A stretch of 37,459 nucleotides of DNA from IMG/VR virus record IMGVR_UViG_3300035492_000097, positions 1 to 37,459 of that record; one strand, given 5' to 3'. The notes under the pieces are model-generated. The model did no database searches. It had not been told where the DNA came from and saw only the letters and a list, made by a program, of their open reading frames with translations. A program made the translations under genes and the position numbers. The stretch comes from a virus (lineage: Duplodnaviria; Caudoviricetes). Numbering within the stretch: the first letter of the stretch is position 1; each line of letters starts with the position of its first letter. Positions 35,286 through 37,459 of this stretch are shown piece after piece.

Positions 35286-35821
35286 GCGAGCCTCGTGTCC
35301 AGTTTACCAATGCCGGCCTGGCTGAGCTGATAAGCGCCAAAAATGCCGGAATAAAGGGGGCAATAAAATACATTGCCGCCGGAGATAGAAGCTACACGCC
35401 TCAGTCAGGGCAGACCGCCCTACAGCGAGAGCGTCAGCGCGTTGAGATAGTAGATTATGAGGAAATCAGCCTTACCCAGCTGAGAATGGGGGCCAAGTTT
35501 TCCGGGCCTCTCGAGTACGAAGTTCGTGAGATTGGTTTTTACCTTGAGTCAGGCACTTTACTGGCCGTTTACTCGGTACCGAACACTTTGCTCACGTACA
35601 AGTCGGCCAATAGTAGCTGGATACAAAAATTCACACTCGACATATCTCCACTACCAACGGGCAGCGTCACAGTTGTCGTCGGCACTGAGAACCTAAATTT
35701 AATGATGACTGAAGAGATTGCTGCCGCTGCGGCAGCGTTCATTAAGTCAGAAGCAACGAACATAAAGCTGACCCATGAGCAAATGCGGATCAGCGAGAGA
35801 CTAAGAGCTATAGGAGCGTAA
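35282..35821 (+). CDS. Tail collar/fibre N-terminal domain protein (P2 gpH N-term-like)
   Basis: TNAGL, VREIGFY.ESGTLLAV. Confidence 0.8.
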   Translation: MSEPRVQFTNAGLAELISAKNAGIKGAIKYIAAGDRSYTPQSGQTALQRERQRVEIVDYEEISLTQLRMGAKFSGPLEYEVREIGFYLESGTLLAVYSVPNTLLTYKSANSSWIQKFTLDISPLPTGSVTVVVGTENLNLMMTEEIAAAAAAFIKSEATNIKLTHEQMRISERLRAIGA

Positions 35822-35822
35822 G

Positions 35823-37052
35823 ATGACCATCGAGCAAAAAATAACTGAACTGCAGCAAGCCTCCGCTGAGCAAACAGCCGCATCTCAGGCGCTGGCTCAG
35901 GAAGTGTCAGGCAAAATGTCCGCTATCGATAAAAAGACTAATGACTCGATAGCTAAAGTCGAAAGTACCTATGACCAAAAAGCCAACGGCTTGACGATCA
36001 TTGCTACGGACGGCTATCGCAAAGCGGTCGAGCATAATTCAGGCGGTCGAAACACGGTCATTTATGATGCCCAGGGCAACCCTAATATCATGTGCGTCAT
36101 CCCGCGCTTCAACATTGAAGACCTAGGATTAACAGAGCTTGATCTTGGCACAGGCGTTCACCCTGCATTTGTAACGAACGGAGCGCCTCGCGGCGAAATC
36201 CTTGTCGGCAAATATCTGGCGTCATCGGCGGCGGGCGGCTCTGCCGTTATCGGCGGCCCTCAGCCGCGAACCTCGGTTAACTACGACACGGCCAAGCAGC
36301 TTTGCACGCAAAAGGGTGACAATTGGCACCTTATGTCGATTCACGAATGGGCCGCTATTGCGCTCTGGTCTCTGGCTAACGGCACAGTGCCTCGCGGCAA
36401 TACGAACTATGGCCGCAGCCATGAGGCGAAGTGGGAAACCGCTCGCCGCGCCGATAATGGATTGCCTGGAGAGGTCAGTGGCACAGGTCGAACCGACACA
36501 GGCAAGGGCCCAGCAACGTGGAATCACGATCATACTGAGTTCGGTGTATGTGATCTGGTCGGCAACGTCTGGGAATGGATTGACCAGATGAAATTGGATG
36601 ACGGCCAAATCCTGACTACGCTGGATAACAACCCGGCGGTTGCTGAGGCTAACTGGCATCGCCACCCAGCCTATTTTGATTCGACATCCGACAACCAAAG
36701 CGGAGCTGGCAACAACGGCTCACCAGTACTCAGCAATTCAGTGACCAAGCGCAACGGGCCAGCTGACGACGATAGTCACGACTACCCGTACATGAATAAC
36801 CCGCACTTTGCTGCGATCACAAAGTCGGCTGGGTATACGCCAAACGAGCTGTTGCGTCGATTGCTCATCGAGTCAGCAACCACAACGACAGTTGGCGGCG
36901 GTCTCTGGTGTCGCAACTATGGTGACCGATTCCCGATTCGCGGGGGCCACTGGGACTATGGCTCGAGCGCCGGGCTGGGCGCGCTCTATCTGGGCCATGC
37001 GCGGTCGAGCTCGAACAGTGGTATCGGTTTTCGCCCCGCTTTCTTTGTGTAA
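35823..37052 (+). CDS. Receptor-binding protein with C-type lectin (FGE/Mtd-like) domain; DGR target
   Basis: N-terminal coiled coil; DLVGNVWEW and C-terminal RGG.W...GFRPA typical of DGR targets; followed by avd. Confidence 0.88.
   Translation: MTIEQKITELQQASAEQTAASQALAQEVSGKMSAIDKKTNDSIAKVESTYDQKANGLTIIATDGYRKAVEHNSGGRNTVIYDAQGNPNIMCVIPRFNIEDLGLTELDLGTGVHPAFVTNGAPRGEILVGKYLASSAAGGSAVIGGPQPRTSVNYDTAKQLCTQKGDNWHLMSIHEWAAIALWSLANGTVPRGNTNYGRSHEAKWETARRADNGLPGEVSGTGRTDTGKGPATWNHDHTEFGVCDLVGNVWEWIDQMKLDDGQILTTLDNNPAVAEANWHRHPAYFDSTSDNQSGAGNNGSPVLSNSVTKRNGPADDDSHDYPYMNNPHFAAITKSAGYTPNELLRRLLIESATTTTVGGGLWCRNYGDRFPIRGGHWDYGSSAGLGALYLGHARSSSNSGIGFRPAFFV
36930..37052 (+). other. DGR variable region (VR) and IMH-like end; boundaries approximate
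   Basis: 3' end of the target gene; putative variable codons are all NNY. Confidence 0.75.
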
Positions 37053-37073
37053 CTGTTAACTGATTCTTTGGAT

Positions 37074-37091
37074 GGCGCACGGTAGTGCGCC
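37074..37091 (+). promoter_or_regulatory. DGR target-recognition hairpin
   Basis: GGCGCAC-GGTA-GTGCGCC just downstream of VR. Confidence 0.8.
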
Positions 37092-37112
37092 CTTTAGTTG
37101 TGCGGAGGCAAG

Positions 37113-37292
37113 TTGACAACGCTAATCATTGAAGAAAAATGCCGAGAAATGATGATGTACGGCTATCAAGCAATAAAGCAGTTTCCAAAACATGAGCGCC
37201 ATGTTTTAGGTGCGGAAATCAGGCTTTCAATGCTGCAACTTCAAAGATTGATCATCACGGCATTTAAGCGATACCACAATAAGTCTCTCTGA
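37113..37292 (+). pseudogene. avd: Truncated DGR accessory variability determinant
   Basis: GGAGG RBS with TTG; QFPKHERHVLGAEIR...KRYH motif; stops at ~59 aa, about half the usual length. Confidence 0.85.
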
Positions 37293-37401
37293 TATAAATC
37301 AGAACATTCAATCCTGGCTTGGCCATGCGGGCCACGCCAGCACCTACAACCTTAAAAAGGCTCTTTTTGCTGAGCCATTCAGGAGGAAAACAGATGTTTA
37401 G
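37279..37401 (+). pseudogene. C-terminal remnant of the DGR reverse transcriptase
   Basis: ISLSDINQNIQSWLGHAGHASTYNLKKALFAEPFRRKTDV* with no start codon; SW.GH..HA is the RT thumb motif. Confidence 0.8.
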
Positions 37402-37459
37402 TTACATCTTTCAGGGTCGAACTCACACAGACACGACCCGCAGCTATATGAATTCGCTT

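Larger units (their letters stand above)
1..37332. mobile_element. Complete VP882-like linear-plasmid (telomere) temperate phage genome, circularly permuted
   Basis: Full set of head, tail, lysis, protelomerase, RepA, ParA, cI, Q and qtip/vqmA modules; the two ends overlap exactly. Confidence 0.95.

Noticed and set aside
540-36698. Many long opposite-strand or alternate-frame ORFs (e.g. 2910-3701, 24563-25567, 25931-26836, 29764-30636)
   Set aside because: Shadow ORFs of GC-rich genes with no recognisable motifs
35823-37401. Active, complete DGR
   Set aside because: No TR copy or RT catalytic domain was seen, and avd is truncated
37333-37459. Terminal direct repeat as a biological genome end
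   Set aside because: It is exactly 127 nt, cuts through coding sequence, and the phage has cos and telRL sites elsewhere; best explained as assembler overlap

Overview
The window is one complete temperate phage genome of about 37,332 bp. The last 127 nt (37333-37459) repeat nt 1-127, which is consistent with an assembler circularisation overlap. It is a linear-plasmid (telomere) phage very similar in organisation to Vibrio phage VP882 and its VHML/N15-type relatives. It has a P2-like contractile tail, a lambda-like terminase, portal and cos, a protease-capsid fusion, ParA plus a small RHH partition protein, protelomerase with its telRL palindrome, the quorum-sensing lysis switch (qtip and vqmA-phage), N15-type RepA, cI, Q and a lysis cassette. 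The most notable observations are: (1) a collapsed diversity-generating retroelement, where the receptor-binding gene keeps its VR and hairpin but the 5' half of avd is joined to the last ~40 codons of the RT and no TR was found; (2) seven dispersed arrays of a degenerate 8-bp repeat at regulatory positions, candidate centromeres/operators of the RHH protein; (3) an in-frame fusion of a TraR/DksA-like DxxDxA N-terminus to Q; (4) an Acb2 anti-CBASS homolog with an insertion; (5) two promoter-plus-terminator-defined candidate antisense sRNAs; (6) a P2 E/E'-type -1 frameshift and a 47-bp direct repeat in the tape measure gene. Family assignments come from motif recognition by eye, not database searches.
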